This document shows positions 17,635 through 28,810 of a DNA stretch of 64,000 nt, piece by piece. Both the position numbers and the translations under genes were made by a program. Each line of letters begins with the position of its first letter. Position 1 is the stretch's first letter. The stretch lies in contig CAMRUG010000002.1 of the NCBI GenBank assembly GCA_947053925.1, forward strand, positions 174,003 through 238,002, given 5' to 3'. The notes beneath the pieces are model-generated. The model did no database searches and was not told where the DNA came from. It saw nothing but the letters and a program-made list of their open reading frames with translations. The DNA is from an uncultured Clostridia bacterium (GTDB lineage Bacteria; Bacillota; Clostridia; Christensenellales; CAG-314).

Positions 17635-18950
17635 TAGTCCCCCAAAATAATTTTGCCCCACAATGTTGCAGATTTAGCAAGTTCGATTTCTACCGTAACA
17701 AATTGACCTATCATAGATTCATCGCATTTAAAATTTACAAGTCTGCCGCTTTCCGTTCTGCCGCACATTGTATTTACGTAATGAGTGTTCGGACCTTCAA
17801 CAAGAACTTCGTAGCGTTGTCCTATCATAGTTTGACTTATTTCTTTAGTAACCTCGTTTTGACAGGCGAGAAGACGCGTAATCCTGTCGCGTTTAACAGC
17901 ATAAGTTATTTGATTCTCCATCGAATACGCAGGCGTTCCTTTTCGTCTGGAGTATATAAAGCAAAATGCGGAACTGTATTTAGCCTGTCTCACCAAGTCA
18001 AGAGTATCTAAAAAGTCTTGTTCCGTTTCTCCGGGAAAACCAACCATAATATCGGTAGTAATACCGGCGTCGGGAATTTTTGCCCGAATCATTTTAATCA
18101 GATCAAGGTAATTCTCCCGCGTATATCTACGGTTCATACGACGTAAAATCTCTGTGCTTCCGCTTTGTACGGGCAAATGGATATTATTGCAAATATTGGG
18201 ATACTTTGCTACTACGTCAATAACTTCTTTAGACAGGTCTTTGGGATGAGATGTCATAAAACGTAAACGGAACTTGTAATTGAGTTGTCCGATTTCATTT
18301 AATAATAAAGCAAAAGTTTCGCCGTTTTGCAAATCGTGTCCGTAAGAATTTACGTTTTGACCTAGTAACGTTATTTCCTTGTAACCTTCTTCAAGCAAAG
18401 ATTTTACTTCGTTCAAAATATTCTTTAAAGGTCTGCTACGTTCTCTACCGCGCACATACGGAACAATGCAATATGTACAAAAATTATTGCAGCCGTAATT
18501 TATATTTACCCACGCATTTGGAAAGCTAGTTCGTGCTTGATAAAAGTCTTCTTCGCAATAATTGATAAAATCGACATTATATAAACGTTTCTTCTGTTGT
18601 GCCGCAACTACTGCGTCGCGCAACATATTTAAATTAGAAGTACCCAATATAATATCTACAAAAGGATAACTCTCTTTAATTTTGTCGAGCGCGCCGTCCT
18701 GCTGAGACATACAACCGCATACAACCACAATCATATCGGGCTTATTGCGTTTAATCTTTTTTAATTCGCCTATATGCCCGTAAATTTTTTGTTCGGCAGT
18801 TTCGCGAATGCAGCAGGTATTGAACACTACTATATCTGCACTATCTCTTGCGCTTGTTGCCGTATAACCTAGACTTTCTAAAACACCTGCGATTTTTTCC
18901 GAATCGTGGATATTCATTTGACAGCCGTAAGTGTGAATAAAATACTTCAA
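17634..18950 (-). CDS. miaB: tRNA-i6A37 methylthiotransferase MiaB (radical SAM)
   Basis: UPF0004 N-domain (YGCQMN). Radical-SAM cluster motif CNNFCTYC. C-terminal TRAM domain. A likely TTG start at 18950 sits behind AAAGAGAGG; the track ATG at 18989 would add 13 aa. Confidence 0.9.
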   Translation of the reverse strand: MKYFIHTYGCQMNIHDSEKIAGVLESLGYTATSARDSADIVVFNTCCIRETAEQKIYGHIGELKKIKRNKPDMIVVVCGCMSQQDGALDKIKESYPFVDIILGTSNLNMLRDAVVAAQQKKRLYNVDFINYCEEDFYQARTSFPNAWVNINYGCNNFCTYCIVPYVRGRERSRPLKNILNEVKSLLEEGYKEITLLGQNVNSYGHDLQNGETFALLLNEIGQLNYKFRLRFMTSHPKDLSKEVIDVVAKYPNICNNIHLPVQSGSTEILRRMNRRYTRENYLDLIKMIRAKIPDAGITTDIMVGFPGETEQDFLDTLDLVRQAKYSSAFCFIYSRRKGTPAYSMENQITYAVKRDRITRLLACQNEVTKEISQTMIGQRYEVLVEGPNTHYVNTMCGRTESGRLVNFKCDESMIGQFVTVEIELAKSATLWGKIILGD

Positions 18951-19072
18951 TGTGAGCCTCTCTTTATTTAAAATTTGACATACTTTCACATATAATTACA
19001 TTTTACTATTAAATTAAATATTTTTCAAGAAAAATAAATATAAAATTACAAAACACAAACAATATAAGTAAT

Positions 19073-21262
19073 ATGACAAAGAAAATTTTTAGATGGATAG
19101 CAATAATTCTAAGCGCCGTGCTTGTTCTAGGCGTTTTGTTCAGTATTGCTTATATAGTAAAATTTAAAAAAGATTCGGATTTTGTAGCATTTGATAAAAA
19201 CAGACTGAACGAAGTTTACACTTCCTTGACCGTCCTTGACAATGACGGCGCTAAACTTAACGAGCCGCTCTATCTGCACGAATACAAGCAAATTCCGATT
19301 GACGCTTTGCACGATTATACCTACAACGCTTTTGTTGCCGTGGAAGACAAACGTTTTTATTCTCATAGCGGAATAGATTTTAAAAGAGTTTTAGGTGCAA
19401 TTGCGCACAATTTAAAAAGCGGCGGATACAAAGAAGGCGCGTCCACTATTTCTCAGCAACTTATAAAAAACACTCATTTAAACAACAACAAGACATTTAA
19501 GCGCAAAATTAACGAAATGCTTCTTGCTAAAGAACTGGAAAAAAATTACAGCAAGAAGGAAATATTGGAAATGTATCTTAACACTATCTATTTCGGACGT
19601 AATGCATACGGAATAGAAACTGCCGCCAACGTTTATTTTAACAAAAGCGCAAAAGATCTTACCGTATCGGAAAGCGCAATATTGTGCGGAATGATTAAAG
19701 CTCCCAATACCTATGCGCCTGATAAAAATGCCGAAAAATGCAAAACCAGACGTAACGGCGTGTTAAAAATAATGCTTAAAGAAAATGTCATAAACGAAAG
19801 TCAGTACAACGAAGCGCTTGACAGTGAAATTTATTACTGTCCTGAAAAGGTAAAAGCGGAAAAAACGTACACTTACCACGTTATGAAAGAAGCGTGTAAA
19901 TTGCTGAATATGACGCCTATGCAACTCGCTCAATCGAATTTTATAATAGAAACGTATTGCAATGCCCAAACACAACAAGCATTGCTCGACTTAATCACAC
20001 AAGACAAAACAAAAACATCCGACAATACCCTTGCGGATATTTCTTGTGTAGTTACAAATAATAAGGGCGGCGTAGAAGCGTGTTATTTTCGCGGAGATAC
20101 GGCTGGCGAAAAGCGCCAAGTAGGTAGCGCGATAAAACCCATTGCCGTTTACGCGCCGGCGCTGAACGAAAGAATTATCACCGAAGCATCGCCGGTTCTT
20201 GACGAAGCGACCGATTTCAACGGTTACAAACCGACCAATTTGGGCGGTTATAACGGCTGGACTACAATAAAGTATGCCGTGGCCAAAAGCCTTAATATAC
20301 CCGCAGTAAAGACGTTAAACGCGTTAGGATTAGATAATGCAAAAAAATATCTCAATAAAATGGGCGTAGACGGCGAGCAAAACTTATCCCTTGCACTCGG
20401 AAACGTTACGGGCGGAATGGACGTTTTTTCTCTTGCAAAATGCTACGCTACGCTTGCCAACAACGGCGAATGTAACGAGGTGCGTTTTATTAAAAATATT
20501 TACAACGACCAAGGGTTAGTTTATACGCGCGAAATAAATGGATCACGGGTTTTCAATTCCGGCGCAAACTATCTAATGACCGACTTGTTGATTAACACGG
20601 TTGAAAACGGTACTGCTAAAAAATTGTTTTCTTCAGACTATCAAGTCGCAGCAAAGACAGGTACGGTAGGCAGTAAAAACGGTAACAGCGACGCCATTAT
20701 AGCAGGCTACACTACAGCAAATACTTTTGTTGTTTGGTATAGCGGCAAACTTGAAAATTCCGTTACAGGATCGGCTGCGCCGAGCGCTTTAGCTAATAAA
20801 CTTTTAAACAAAATGTATAAGGATAACAAACCGAATACATTTACAATGCCTGACGGCTTAGAAGAGTTGAAACTTGATAAAGACAGTCTTTATACAGACC
20901 AAACAATGCTGATCTCTGATGACGGAGAACGCTTTGTTTTCGAATCGGTAAATAAGCCGAAAGAATACAAACAAAACTATAATTATACTGTTAATTGCAA
21001 CGCCGTAAAAAATGACATTACGGTTACGCTAACAGATGTAGAAAACCATATATGGAAGTTGTATCGCAAAAGTAAACTAAATACGCAAATTGTGCCTATG
21101 GAGAATAACCGCTATAGGGAGAATATAACGGAAGATTTAGAGTTTTATGCCGAACTGTATAGGGACGGGAAAATAGTTTATACTACTCCGACGGTTGAAG
21201 TGTTTTTCTCGCCCGACAGTAATATATCAAGCGATATATTAGATTACTGGTATTGGAAGTGA
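19073..21262 (+). CDS. Class A penicillin-binding protein (GT51 glycosyltransferase + transpeptidase)
   Basis: N-terminal TM anchor. GT51 motifs EDKRFYSHSGID and GASTISQQL. Transpeptidase motifs SAIKP (SxxK) and KTGT. Confidence 0.9.
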   Translation: MTKKIFRWIAIILSAVLVLGVLFSIAYIVKFKKDSDFVAFDKNRLNEVYTSLTVLDNDGAKLNEPLYLHEYKQIPIDALHDYTYNAFVAVEDKRFYSHSGIDFKRVLGAIAHNLKSGGYKEGASTISQQLIKNTHLNNNKTFKRKINEMLLAKELEKNYSKKEILEMYLNTIYFGRNAYGIETAANVYFNKSAKDLTVSESAILCGMIKAPNTYAPDKNAEKCKTRRNGVLKIMLKENVINESQYNEALDSEIYYCPEKVKAEKTYTYHVMKEACKLLNMTPMQLAQSNFIIETYCNAQTQQALLDLITQDKTKTSDNTLADISCVVTNNKGGVEACYFRGDTAGEKRQVGSAIKPIAVYAPALNERIITEASPVLDEATDFNGYKPTNLGGYNGWTTIKYAVAKSLNIPAVKTLNALGLDNAKKYLNKMGVDGEQNLSLALGNVTGGMDVFSLAKCYATLANNGECNEVRFIKNIYNDQGLVYTREINGSRVFNSGANYLMTDLLINTVENGTAKKLFSSDYQVAAKTGTVGSKNGNSDAIIAGYTTANTFVVWYSGKLENSVTGSAAPSALANKLLNKMYKDNKPNTFTMPDGLEELKLDKDSLYTDQTMLISDDGERFVFESVNKPKEYKQNYNYTVNCNAVKNDITVTLTDVENHIWKLYRKSKLNTQIVPMENNRYRENITEDLEFYAELYRDGKIVYTTPTVEVFFSPDSNISSDILDYWYWK

Positions 21263-21730
21263 TTTTAACGGCTAGTAACAATGTGCTTAAATAATATTTA
21301 AAAATAAAATAAGATAAACTAGTAAGTGTAACCTTAGGAAGAAGATTTATAAGGAAGCGCTGCAACAACTAAAATACAGTAATTTAAAGTGCTTTTAAAT
21401 GTTATCTCGCTAGAAAAACTCGGTTAAATATTTCCTTGGTTTTTATGCAATAAGAGTTTCGGAAATTTCAATTTGCAAACAAAAAGTACAAGCCGTTACG
21501 GTAGCTTGCAAAATTGCATCGTAGCATTTTACTTTATGATAGTAAACCCCGTTCCGCTTTAAATACTCTCGGAAGAAATGCGGTCGTTGGTCTATGACAT
21601 TTGCTCGTGCCTTACGATTAAATTCATTGAAGTTACATTATGCAAATTGACGCAGGCTATCGCTTTGTTCAAATAGAAAATACATTTTATGTGATTTTTT
21701 GAAGCCAAAAGTACCTAAAGATGTTTTCGT

Positions 21731-21780
21731 AAAAAAATACCGCAATCTAATTTGGTGTACAGATTAGAACTTGCGGTATT
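21731..21780 (-). terminator. thiI terminator (bidirectional hairpin)
   Basis: AATACCGCAA...TTGCGGTATT outer stem plus TCTAAT/ATTAGA inner stem. An A7 run precedes it and a T-run follows on the plus strand, giving a U-tract on both strands. Confidence 0.75.
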
Positions 21781-21796
21781 TTGTATTTATTCAATG

Positions 21797-22948
21797 CTAC
21801 TCTATTACTATAGTTTCTATATTGTTCAGCGCATTATTAACCAAATTTTCCACATCAAGAGCGCTCTCTACTTTCTCCACAGCCGACAAACGCGGCTTTG
21901 TAACGGGACGTTTGGGAAGAAATATAGTACAGCAATCTTCGTACGGTAAAATCGATGTTTCGAATGCGCCTATTTTTTGAGAAATTTCGATAATCTCATC
22001 TTTGTCAAAACCGATTAAGGGACGGAAAACGGGTATGCCCGCAACAGAATTCGTGCTTGTTATGCTTTCTAAAGTTTGGCTTGCAACTTGCCCTAAACTC
22101 TCGCCTGTTATGACTGCTCCTGCACCGTTAATACGCGCCAGTCTTTCCGCTATACGCATCATAAAACGTCTCATTATCGTAATCATATATTCTTCGGGGC
22201 ATTTTTCGTGAATGGCTGTTTGAATCTCTGTAAAACTTACAACGTCGACAGTCATACGCAAAGTGTATTTTTTTACTATTTTTGCCAAGTCAAGAACTTT
22301 CTGCTTGGCTTGCAAACTTGTAAAGGGAAAACTGTGAAAATGTACGGCTCTAAGCGACATTCCGCGTTTTGCCATCATATATGCTGCAACAGGACTGTCG
22401 ATTCCGCCTGATAACATAACTATTCCCTTTCCGCCTGTTCCCACGGGCATTCCGTTTACTGCTTTGATTGTTTGGCTGTAAACAAAAGTTTTGCCGTTTT
22501 CGCGAATATCAATATAGATGACGTTATCGGGATTAAACAAATCAACGGTTAAAGCAGGCTTTTTTTCTAAAATTTCGCCGCCGATTTCTGCGGAAACTTT
22601 CATAGACTGCATAGGGAAACGCTTGTCTGCTCTGTTGGTAGATACTTTAAAACTACCGAAATTAGGCGAGTATTTCAATGCCGCGGCAACAATTTCGTCA
22701 TATACGGAATCAACTTCTTCCGCTACGCTTAAAGAATGTACTCCAAAGACGTTTTTTACCTTATCTGTTATCTCGTTAAGTTTTTCTTCGTCAAAATTTC
22801 TAATTATATACCTTGCATTACTGCGCGCAAAGTCGTATTGATATTCTTTAAGTACAGTTTTGATATTTGATATAAGCGCACTTTCGAAAAAATCGCGATT
22901 GTTGCCCTTTAAGTGAATTTCTGAATATCTGATAATTATAACTCTCAT
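21797..22948 (-). CDS. thiI: tRNA 4-thiouridine synthase ThiI
   Basis: N-terminal ferredoxin-like/THUMP region and PP-loop SGGIDSPVAAY. Confidence 0.92.
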   Translation of the reverse strand: MRVIIIRYSEIHLKGNNRDFFESALISNIKTVLKEYQYDFARSNARYIIRNFDEEKLNEITDKVKNVFGVHSLSVAEEVDSVYDEIVAAALKYSPNFGSFKVSTNRADKRFPMQSMKVSAEIGGEILEKKPALTVDLFNPDNVIYIDIRENGKTFVYSQTIKAVNGMPVGTGGKGIVMLSGGIDSPVAAYMMAKRGMSLRAVHFHSFPFTSLQAKQKVLDLAKIVKKYTLRMTVDVVSFTEIQTAIHEKCPEEYMITIMRRFMMRIAERLARINGAGAVITGESLGQVASQTLESITSTNSVAGIPVFRPLIGFDKDEIIEISQKIGAFETSILPYEDCCTIFLPKRPVTKPRLSAVEKVESALDVENLVNNALNNIETIVIE

Positions 22949-22956
22949 AAAATGTC

Positions 22957-24093
22957 CTACTTCAACATTATTTTGCGTAATTCTGTAACGGAATTCGCTA
23001 ATTTATCGGCAAGTAATTCTACTTCTTCTAACGAATTGTATTTACTGAAACTGATTCTGATTATTCCTTCGGAATACCTTCCGTCTAATTTAATCGACTT
23101 AGATAAGCGGCTCTGCTTATTTTTGGAACTGCAAGCCGATCCCGTACCGATTATTATATCATAATTTTCCAACATATGCAAAAGAACTTCGCCTTTAATA
23201 TCGGCAAAAGCCAGCGACATTATTGCGGGAGAGACGTCATCGGTACAGTTTTCTTGCCAATTATCTATGTTTATCAATTTGTCTCTGATAGTTTGTTTGT
23301 ACCTAGTGTAATTCAGTGAATTTTGTTTAATATTATCGCAAGCTAATTTTACTGCTTGCGCCAATGCTATAATTCCGCCTACATACTCCGTTCCCGAACG
23401 TATTCCCTTTTCTTGACCTCCGCCAAAAACTATAGGGCTGACTTTAATACCCTTTTTAACATACAAGCCTCCAGTACCTTTAGACGCGTGTATTTTGTGT
23501 CCTGAAAAAGAGTATAAATCCACTCCTAAATAATGCAAATTAACGGGGATTTTACCAACGGCCTGTACACCGTCAGAAAAGGTTATGCTTTTACTGTTTT
23601 TTTCTTTAACTAAACTGTTTATGAGTTTTATATCGTTTATGGCACCCGTTTCGTTGCTGACGTGCATAAAACACGCAAGTAATGTTTGCTCGTCAACTTT
23701 GCTAACGAAGTCATCAATATCTATATGACCGTCGTTAGTAACGTTCGCATATCTTATTTCGTATCCTCGATTAGACAATTCTCCTACAGTGTTAAAAACG
23801 GCAGAATGTTCAATCGAAGAAACTACTATATTCCCGCGTTTAGCTCGCAAAGAGCCTAGTATAGCAATATTATCAGACTCAGTTCCGCCCGAGGTAAAAA
23901 GTATTTCATCAGCGCTTGCGCCGAGATTCTGAGCAATAATTTCTTTAGCAGCGTTAAGTTTATTTGCAATTTGCAGACTGAAACTGCTACGCGCCGAGGG
24001 ATTAAAATACTCGCTCGTAGCGTAATTGATTATAATCTGCATAATGCTTTCGTCAACTTTAGTAGTTGCGCAATTATCAAAATAATGTATCAT
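22957..24093 (-). CDS. Cysteine desulfurase (NifS/IscS class V aminotransferase), ThiI partner
   Basis: Blocks FTSGGTESDN, PLP-lysine motif SGHKIHASKG, and active-site loop GSACSS. Adjacent to thiI. Start MIHYFDNCATT is preferred. Confidence 0.88.
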   Translation of the reverse strand: MIHYFDNCATTKVDESIMQIIINYATSEYFNPSARSSFSLQIANKLNAAKEIIAQNLGASADEILFTSGGTESDNIAILGSLRAKRGNIVVSSIEHSAVFNTVGELSNRGYEIRYANVTNDGHIDIDDFVSKVDEQTLLACFMHVSNETGAINDIKLINSLVKEKNSKSITFSDGVQAVGKIPVNLHYLGVDLYSFSGHKIHASKGTGGLYVKKGIKVSPIVFGGGQEKGIRSGTEYVGGIIALAQAVKLACDNIKQNSLNYTRYKQTIRDKLINIDNWQENCTDDVSPAIMSLAFADIKGEVLLHMLENYDIIIGTGSACSSKNKQSRLSKSIKLDGRYSEGIIRISFSKYNSLEEVELLADKLANSVTELRKIMLK

Positions 24094-24166
24094 AATTTTT
24101 CTTCTCTTCATATATTATGTTGAACATAGTATACTGTAATTCTGCGTTTTCTGTAATAATACGGTC

Positions 24167-26551
24167 TTATTTTAATGTAATTACGGTAACGCCGCTCTCG
24201 CCTTCACCGTAAACACCCAAACGGTATTCCGCCACATTAGGATGCGTTTTAAAGTGAGAATGTAATCCTGCACGCAATTTACCTGTACCCATACCGTGTA
24301 TTATCCACAATTGAGAAACCCCTGCAAGCACGGCAGAATCAATAAACGCGTCGACGTTTGCAATAGCTTCGTTTACCGTTTGCCCTATTACGTTCATTTC
24401 ATTTTTAAAGCTGCGAGTATTTATTTCTGTTTTGGGAGCAGAATGTTTTACGGACATACGCGACGCTTTTTTATTCTTTTCGACTATACTGTAATATAAA
24501 TCGTCAGATTTAACTTCTGTAGTAATGCCGCCGCATTTAACGGTTATGCGGGAAGGCGAGCGGATATCACTGACTTTAACTTGTACGCCGAGTTTCTTTG
24601 AATATACCACATCTCCAATCTTGAGTTTGTCAAAAACGACATTATCTCCTGTGAAAATAATATCTTCTTTATTTACATCATCGTCTTTAATGTCAATTTC
24701 GTTCAATTTCTTAGCGATGCTTCTTGCGGCAAACAAATCTTTGTCCGAAATAACGTCTTTATTCAAAAGAGATTTTATCTCTGCTATCAATTCCACTGAT
24801 TCGCTTTTGGCTTTTTCGACAATTTTACGCGCATCTTCACGAGAATTTTCAAGCAGTTTATTACGCTCGTTTTGCAAACTGCCGTTTAATTTTTCCGTCC
24901 GTGCTTTTTCAATGAGCAAATCTTGTTTTTCTTGTTCGAGTAAAAGCAGTTTTCTTTCGTAATCCTTACGAATTTCATCAGCATTTTGAATAACACGCTC
25001 AAACGCCAGTTTTTCATCAGAAACATTATTCTTCGCGAATTCAATCACATCTTGACGTAATCCTAACTTTGAAGCAATTGCAAGCGCATTGGAGCTGCCC
25101 GGTACACCCATAATAAGCTTATACGTCGGCGCAAGAGTACTCAGGTCAAACTCCATTGAAGCGTTTTCAACGCGTGCAGTACTCAGTGAATACTCTTTCA
25201 ATTTGCCGTAATGCGTAGTAATAATACATTTTGCACCGCTTTTACGTAAAAACTCTGTAACGGCAAGAGCCAAAGCCGAGCCTTCGTTCGGTTCTGTTCC
25301 TGCGCCGACTTCGTCAATCAATACAAGATCGTTTTTATCTGCAAAATTCAGTATTTCTTTTAAATTTACGATATGTCCAGAAAAAGTTGAAAGATTCTGT
25401 TCTATACTCTGTTCGTCGCCTATATCGCAAAGAATATCGTCAAAGTAACTTACCGTGCTTTCTTCTTGGCAGGGAATATAAAGTCCTGACATTGCCATAG
25501 CGGTTATCAAACCTACGGTTTTAAGCGTAACGGTTTTGCCGCCGGTATTAGGTCCGGTAATTACTATAATGTCATAATCATTTCCCAATTTAATAGAGAT
25601 GGGCACAACTTTGCGCTTATCAAGGAGCGGATGGCGTGCTTTTTTTAGGTTTATAAGCCCATTACTGTTTACTTCCGGCAAAGTACACTTGTTTTCTATG
25701 GCGTATTTAACTTTGCTGAAAATAACGTCAATATCACTTATAGTTTCCTGACTTGCGGCTATTTTAGAGGCAATCGGAGAAATTCGGTCCGTAAAAGCTT
25801 GCAAAATTCTGTGAATTTCCTCACGTTCTTCAAGGGAGGCCTCTCTCAGCGCATTATTCAACTGAACAATCGCCATAGGTTCAATAAATAATGTCGCACC
25901 CGTAGAAGACTGGTCATGTACTATACCTGCCACAAACGATTTATATTCCTGCTTTACAGGTATAACGTACCTGTCTCCGCGTAAAGTTACAATAGAATCT
26001 TGCAGATATTTAGAAATATCGCTGTTTTTAGTATAACTTTGCAGTTTTTGTTTGATATCTGCATTTATAGCTTTGATACGCTTACGAATAGAATACAAGT
26101 CGTCCGAAGCCTTATCATTCATTTCTTCATCGGACAAAATTGCAAAGTCTAAATCATCCTCTAAATCTTTGTCGCAAAATAATTGGTATGCACGCGCTTG
26201 AAGCAACGATATATCTATGCCGTAATCGGCAAACAACGATGCTTGTAAATTCCGCGAAGTACGCAAAGCGCGCATTATTTGCAAAAGTTGCTTCATAGAC
26301 AGACACGATCCTACGCGTGCAAGCTCGCAAATTTCTTGTACGTTATCTACCGCCAAATCAAAAGAGGAATTATATTGAAACAAATCGTGCGCTTGTTTCG
26401 TTTCGTCAATAAGTTGCCGCATTTCGTTTATGTTTTTTGCGGGCAAAATCTGCAACACCTTATTTTTAGCTACACTGCTAATTGAATATGCGCTGACTTG
26501 GTGCAGAATTTCAAAATATTGAAGTTTAGTTAATGTTTTTAAATTTACCAT
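24167..26551 (-). CDS. mutS2: Endonuclease MutS2 (MutS-family ATPase with C-terminal Smr domain)
   Basis: Walker A GPNTGGKT, motif STFSGH, coiled-coil region, and Smr block IIHGMGTGKLR at the C-terminus. Confidence 0.93.
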   Translation of the reverse strand: MVNLKTLTKLQYFEILHQVSAYSISSVAKNKVLQILPAKNINEMRQLIDETKQAHDLFQYNSSFDLAVDNVQEICELARVGSCLSMKQLLQIMRALRTSRNLQASLFADYGIDISLLQARAYQLFCDKDLEDDLDFAILSDEEMNDKASDDLYSIRKRIKAINADIKQKLQSYTKNSDISKYLQDSIVTLRGDRYVIPVKQEYKSFVAGIVHDQSSTGATLFIEPMAIVQLNNALREASLEEREEIHRILQAFTDRISPIASKIAASQETISDIDVIFSKVKYAIENKCTLPEVNSNGLINLKKARHPLLDKRKVVPISIKLGNDYDIIVITGPNTGGKTVTLKTVGLITAMAMSGLYIPCQEESTVSYFDDILCDIGDEQSIEQNLSTFSGHIVNLKEILNFADKNDLVLIDEVGAGTEPNEGSALALAVTEFLRKSGAKCIITTHYGKLKEYSLSTARVENASMEFDLSTLAPTYKLIMGVPGSSNALAIASKLGLRQDVIEFAKNNVSDEKLAFERVIQNADEIRKDYERKLLLLEQEKQDLLIEKARTEKLNGSLQNERNKLLENSREDARKIVEKAKSESVELIAEIKSLLNKDVISDKDLFAARSIAKKLNEIDIKDDDVNKEDIIFTGDNVVFDKLKIGDVVYSKKLGVQVKVSDIRSPSRITVKCGGITTEVKSDDLYYSIVEKNKKASRMSVKHSAPKTEINTRSFKNEMNVIGQTVNEAIANVDAFIDSAVLAGVSQLWIIHGMGTGKLRAGLHSHFKTHPNVAEYRLGVYGEGESGVTVITLK

Positions 26552-26555
26552 TTAA

Positions 26556-28799
26556 TCAATTTACCTTGTCGAACAGACGTCCTTTTGTATACTTTTTTAC
26601 TTCAACATAGCCGTCGTTTATGCCGCCGTTTAATTTAGTATAATGCGACAATACATTTTGATCGTAATCGATTAAATAGCGACCGCTTCCGTCAATCTTG
26701 TTCACAACGGACAGTTTCCTTCCGTTAATCAAGTCAAACGTACATCTTCCGTCTTTTCTTCTAATAATATTAAAGTCGTTACCCATATCATCGATATACA
26801 CAAGCGGTCTATCGGCTTTGCAGTTTTTGCAGTCGCTTCGATAAGCAACTTTATACGGACAATGAACCAACTTCATCAATGTCAAATTTCCGTCTACAAA
26901 AACATAACCCGAACGGTTTTTAAACTGCTCTATTTCTTTCAACGTCAATTCGACAGAATATACGAATGTCTCGGAGTCTGAAAATTCGTTTGCTATATAG
27001 TCATTATAAATATTCATACCGCTTCCGACGATATAAGGAAGTCCTAGTTTGCGCGCCAATTGAATATGTCCGACATTGTGGCAAACAATCCCGCATTTAT
27101 AATTGCAAAGCAGTTTTTCCAAATAGCCGTTATCCGAAAAAGAGGGCAAATCCAAAAAATAAATATTGCCGTTAACTTTATCTAAAACAGATTTGTCGAT
27201 TATTTTCGGCTTAAATATCAAGTATTCCGCTTTTCCGACCGCTTCGCTCACTTCTTCGTCGGTCTTGCAAATCACCGTGCAATTCGGCATGTCTGATTTG
27301 TCGGCAATATCTCTTTTTGATATGCTTGCCGCTTTTCTGTTTAAAAATCGAGAATTATAATTATTTACAATGGTTTTAGTTAACTCGTCGAAAGCCTCTC
27401 GCCTAAGCGCATTTATTTGAGATTTTGCCAAGAAAATTTCATCAATATCTATTTCTATGTCAGAAATAGTATATGATATATTGCCGATTTTTTGTAATTG
27501 TTTAGTGATTTCATCTGCAGATGTGCTCTGTTTAATAGATTTTTCAACAAAATAATCGCTTAATACTTCCGCAGACGCTCCGTCATACGTCTCTATTTTA
27601 ATTTTAGCAAAACAACCGGAATGCGCATAAAAAGATACTCTGACAGGAACTAATCGAACAGCGTCGGCTACTTTCTCGCATAACTTTACCGAAGTTGTTC
27701 TGTTTACAGTCATTCCGTCTTGCACCTTACCCGAAAAGGAACAGGAAACGTATTTGTCTCCGTCTTCAAGGACCACTCCGCCGCACACTTCTCTTCCGGT
27801 ACGGTCAAATACTTTCAAACCGTCGCCTTTATTTAGCGGCGTTTCACACTGCACTCTGCCGCCTTTTATCCGACCCGCCAGTACGCCTGTGTGATTTTGC
27901 GAATGTACAAATATTATGTCATTATTTTGTCCGCGCAGATAACTCAATTCTCCCATTGCACGGTTAAACATTTCCGCAAGAATACGGTAGTTCTTACGGC
28001 TATTTATTAAAGTTTTACCCGTAATTTGCTCTTTGTATATACGCGAACATAATCCTGCATATTCGGGGCGACGATTTCTTCCCTCGATTTTAAATGTAGA
28101 AACACCTACCTCGGCAAGCTCTTTAATAATATCAATTCCGCACAAATCTTTGGCGGACAATAAGTATCCGTAAGTTTTGCCATTGTCGCAAGAGTAGAGT
28201 TTTCTGCACGGTTGAGCGCATAACCCGCGGTTTCCGCTATTTCCGCCGCTCAGCGAAGACAGCAAACACTGTCCCGATTGACAAACGCAAGTTGCGCCGT
28301 GAATAAAACACTCTGCCTCGATACCGACCTCTATAATCTCTTTAATTTCGTCAATACTGCTTTCTCTAGCGCACACTACCGTTGTTGCGCCGCAGTCTTT
28401 TATAAATTTTGCACCGTAAGCGTCGTGTATATTCAATTGCGTACTTGCTACTATGTCAAACGGCTTAGGCAATTTACCAGCCATTTTGATTAAAGCAATA
28501 TCGGTTAATATTACACCGTCGGCGTTAAATTTATAAACACTGTTTAGCAAATTAACGGCATCGTCAAACTCGTCATTTTTTATTGACGTATTTAAAGCTA
28601 TGTATACTTTCACGCCGAAGAAATGGCAGTAATCAATCCACTCTTTGATATTTTCAAGCGTAAAATTCGGGGCTTTCATTCTGGCATTAAACTTGTCAAG
28701 CCCCAAATACACGGCATCACAACCGTTGTTAACCGCCATGGTAAGTTGTGCCGCGCTTCCTGCCGGCGCTAAAATTTTATAAGCAGTTTTGTTTTTCAA
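26556..28799 (-). CDS. Peptidase U32 family protein (long form with C-terminal extension)
   Basis: U32 N-terminal barrel (GCDAVYLG, ESSIDEI) and the family cysteine-rich signature region (GNSGNRGLCAQPCR). Confidence 0.8.
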   Translation of the reverse strand: MKNKTAYKILAPAGSAAQLTMAVNNGCDAVYLGLDKFNARMKAPNFTLENIKEWIDYCHFFGVKVYIALNTSIKNDEFDDAVNLLNSVYKFNADGVILTDIALIKMAGKLPKPFDIVASTQLNIHDAYGAKFIKDCGATTVVCARESSIDEIKEIIEVGIEAECFIHGATCVCQSGQCLLSSLSGGNSGNRGLCAQPCRKLYSCDNGKTYGYLLSAKDLCGIDIIKELAEVGVSTFKIEGRNRRPEYAGLCSRIYKEQITGKTLINSRKNYRILAEMFNRAMGELSYLRGQNNDIIFVHSQNHTGVLAGRIKGGRVQCETPLNKGDGLKVFDRTGREVCGGVVLEDGDKYVSCSFSGKVQDGMTVNRTTSVKLCEKVADAVRLVPVRVSFYAHSGCFAKIKIETYDGASAEVLSDYFVEKSIKQSTSADEITKQLQKIGNISYTISDIEIDIDEIFLAKSQINALRREAFDELTKTIVNNYNSRFLNRKAASISKRDIADKSDMPNCTVICKTDEEVSEAVGKAEYLIFKPKIIDKSVLDKVNGNIYFLDLPSFSDNGYLEKLLCNYKCGIVCHNVGHIQLARKLGLPYIVGSGMNIYNDYIANEFSDSETFVYSVELTLKEIEQFKNRSGYVFVDGNLTLMKLVHCPYKVAYRSDCKNCKADRPLVYIDDMGNDFNIIRRKDGRCTFDLINGRKLSVVNKIDGSGRYLIDYDQNVLSHYTKLNGGINDGYVEVKKYTKGRLFDKVN

Positions 28800-28810
28800 T
28801 ATTTACCCTA

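Noticed and set aside
21263-21730. A ~470-bp convergent spacer between the PBP gene and thiI, considered as a possible ncRNA or gene relic.
   Set aside because: Only weak hairpins are present. Translations in all frames are interrupted and unrecognisable, and I could identify no conserved motif.
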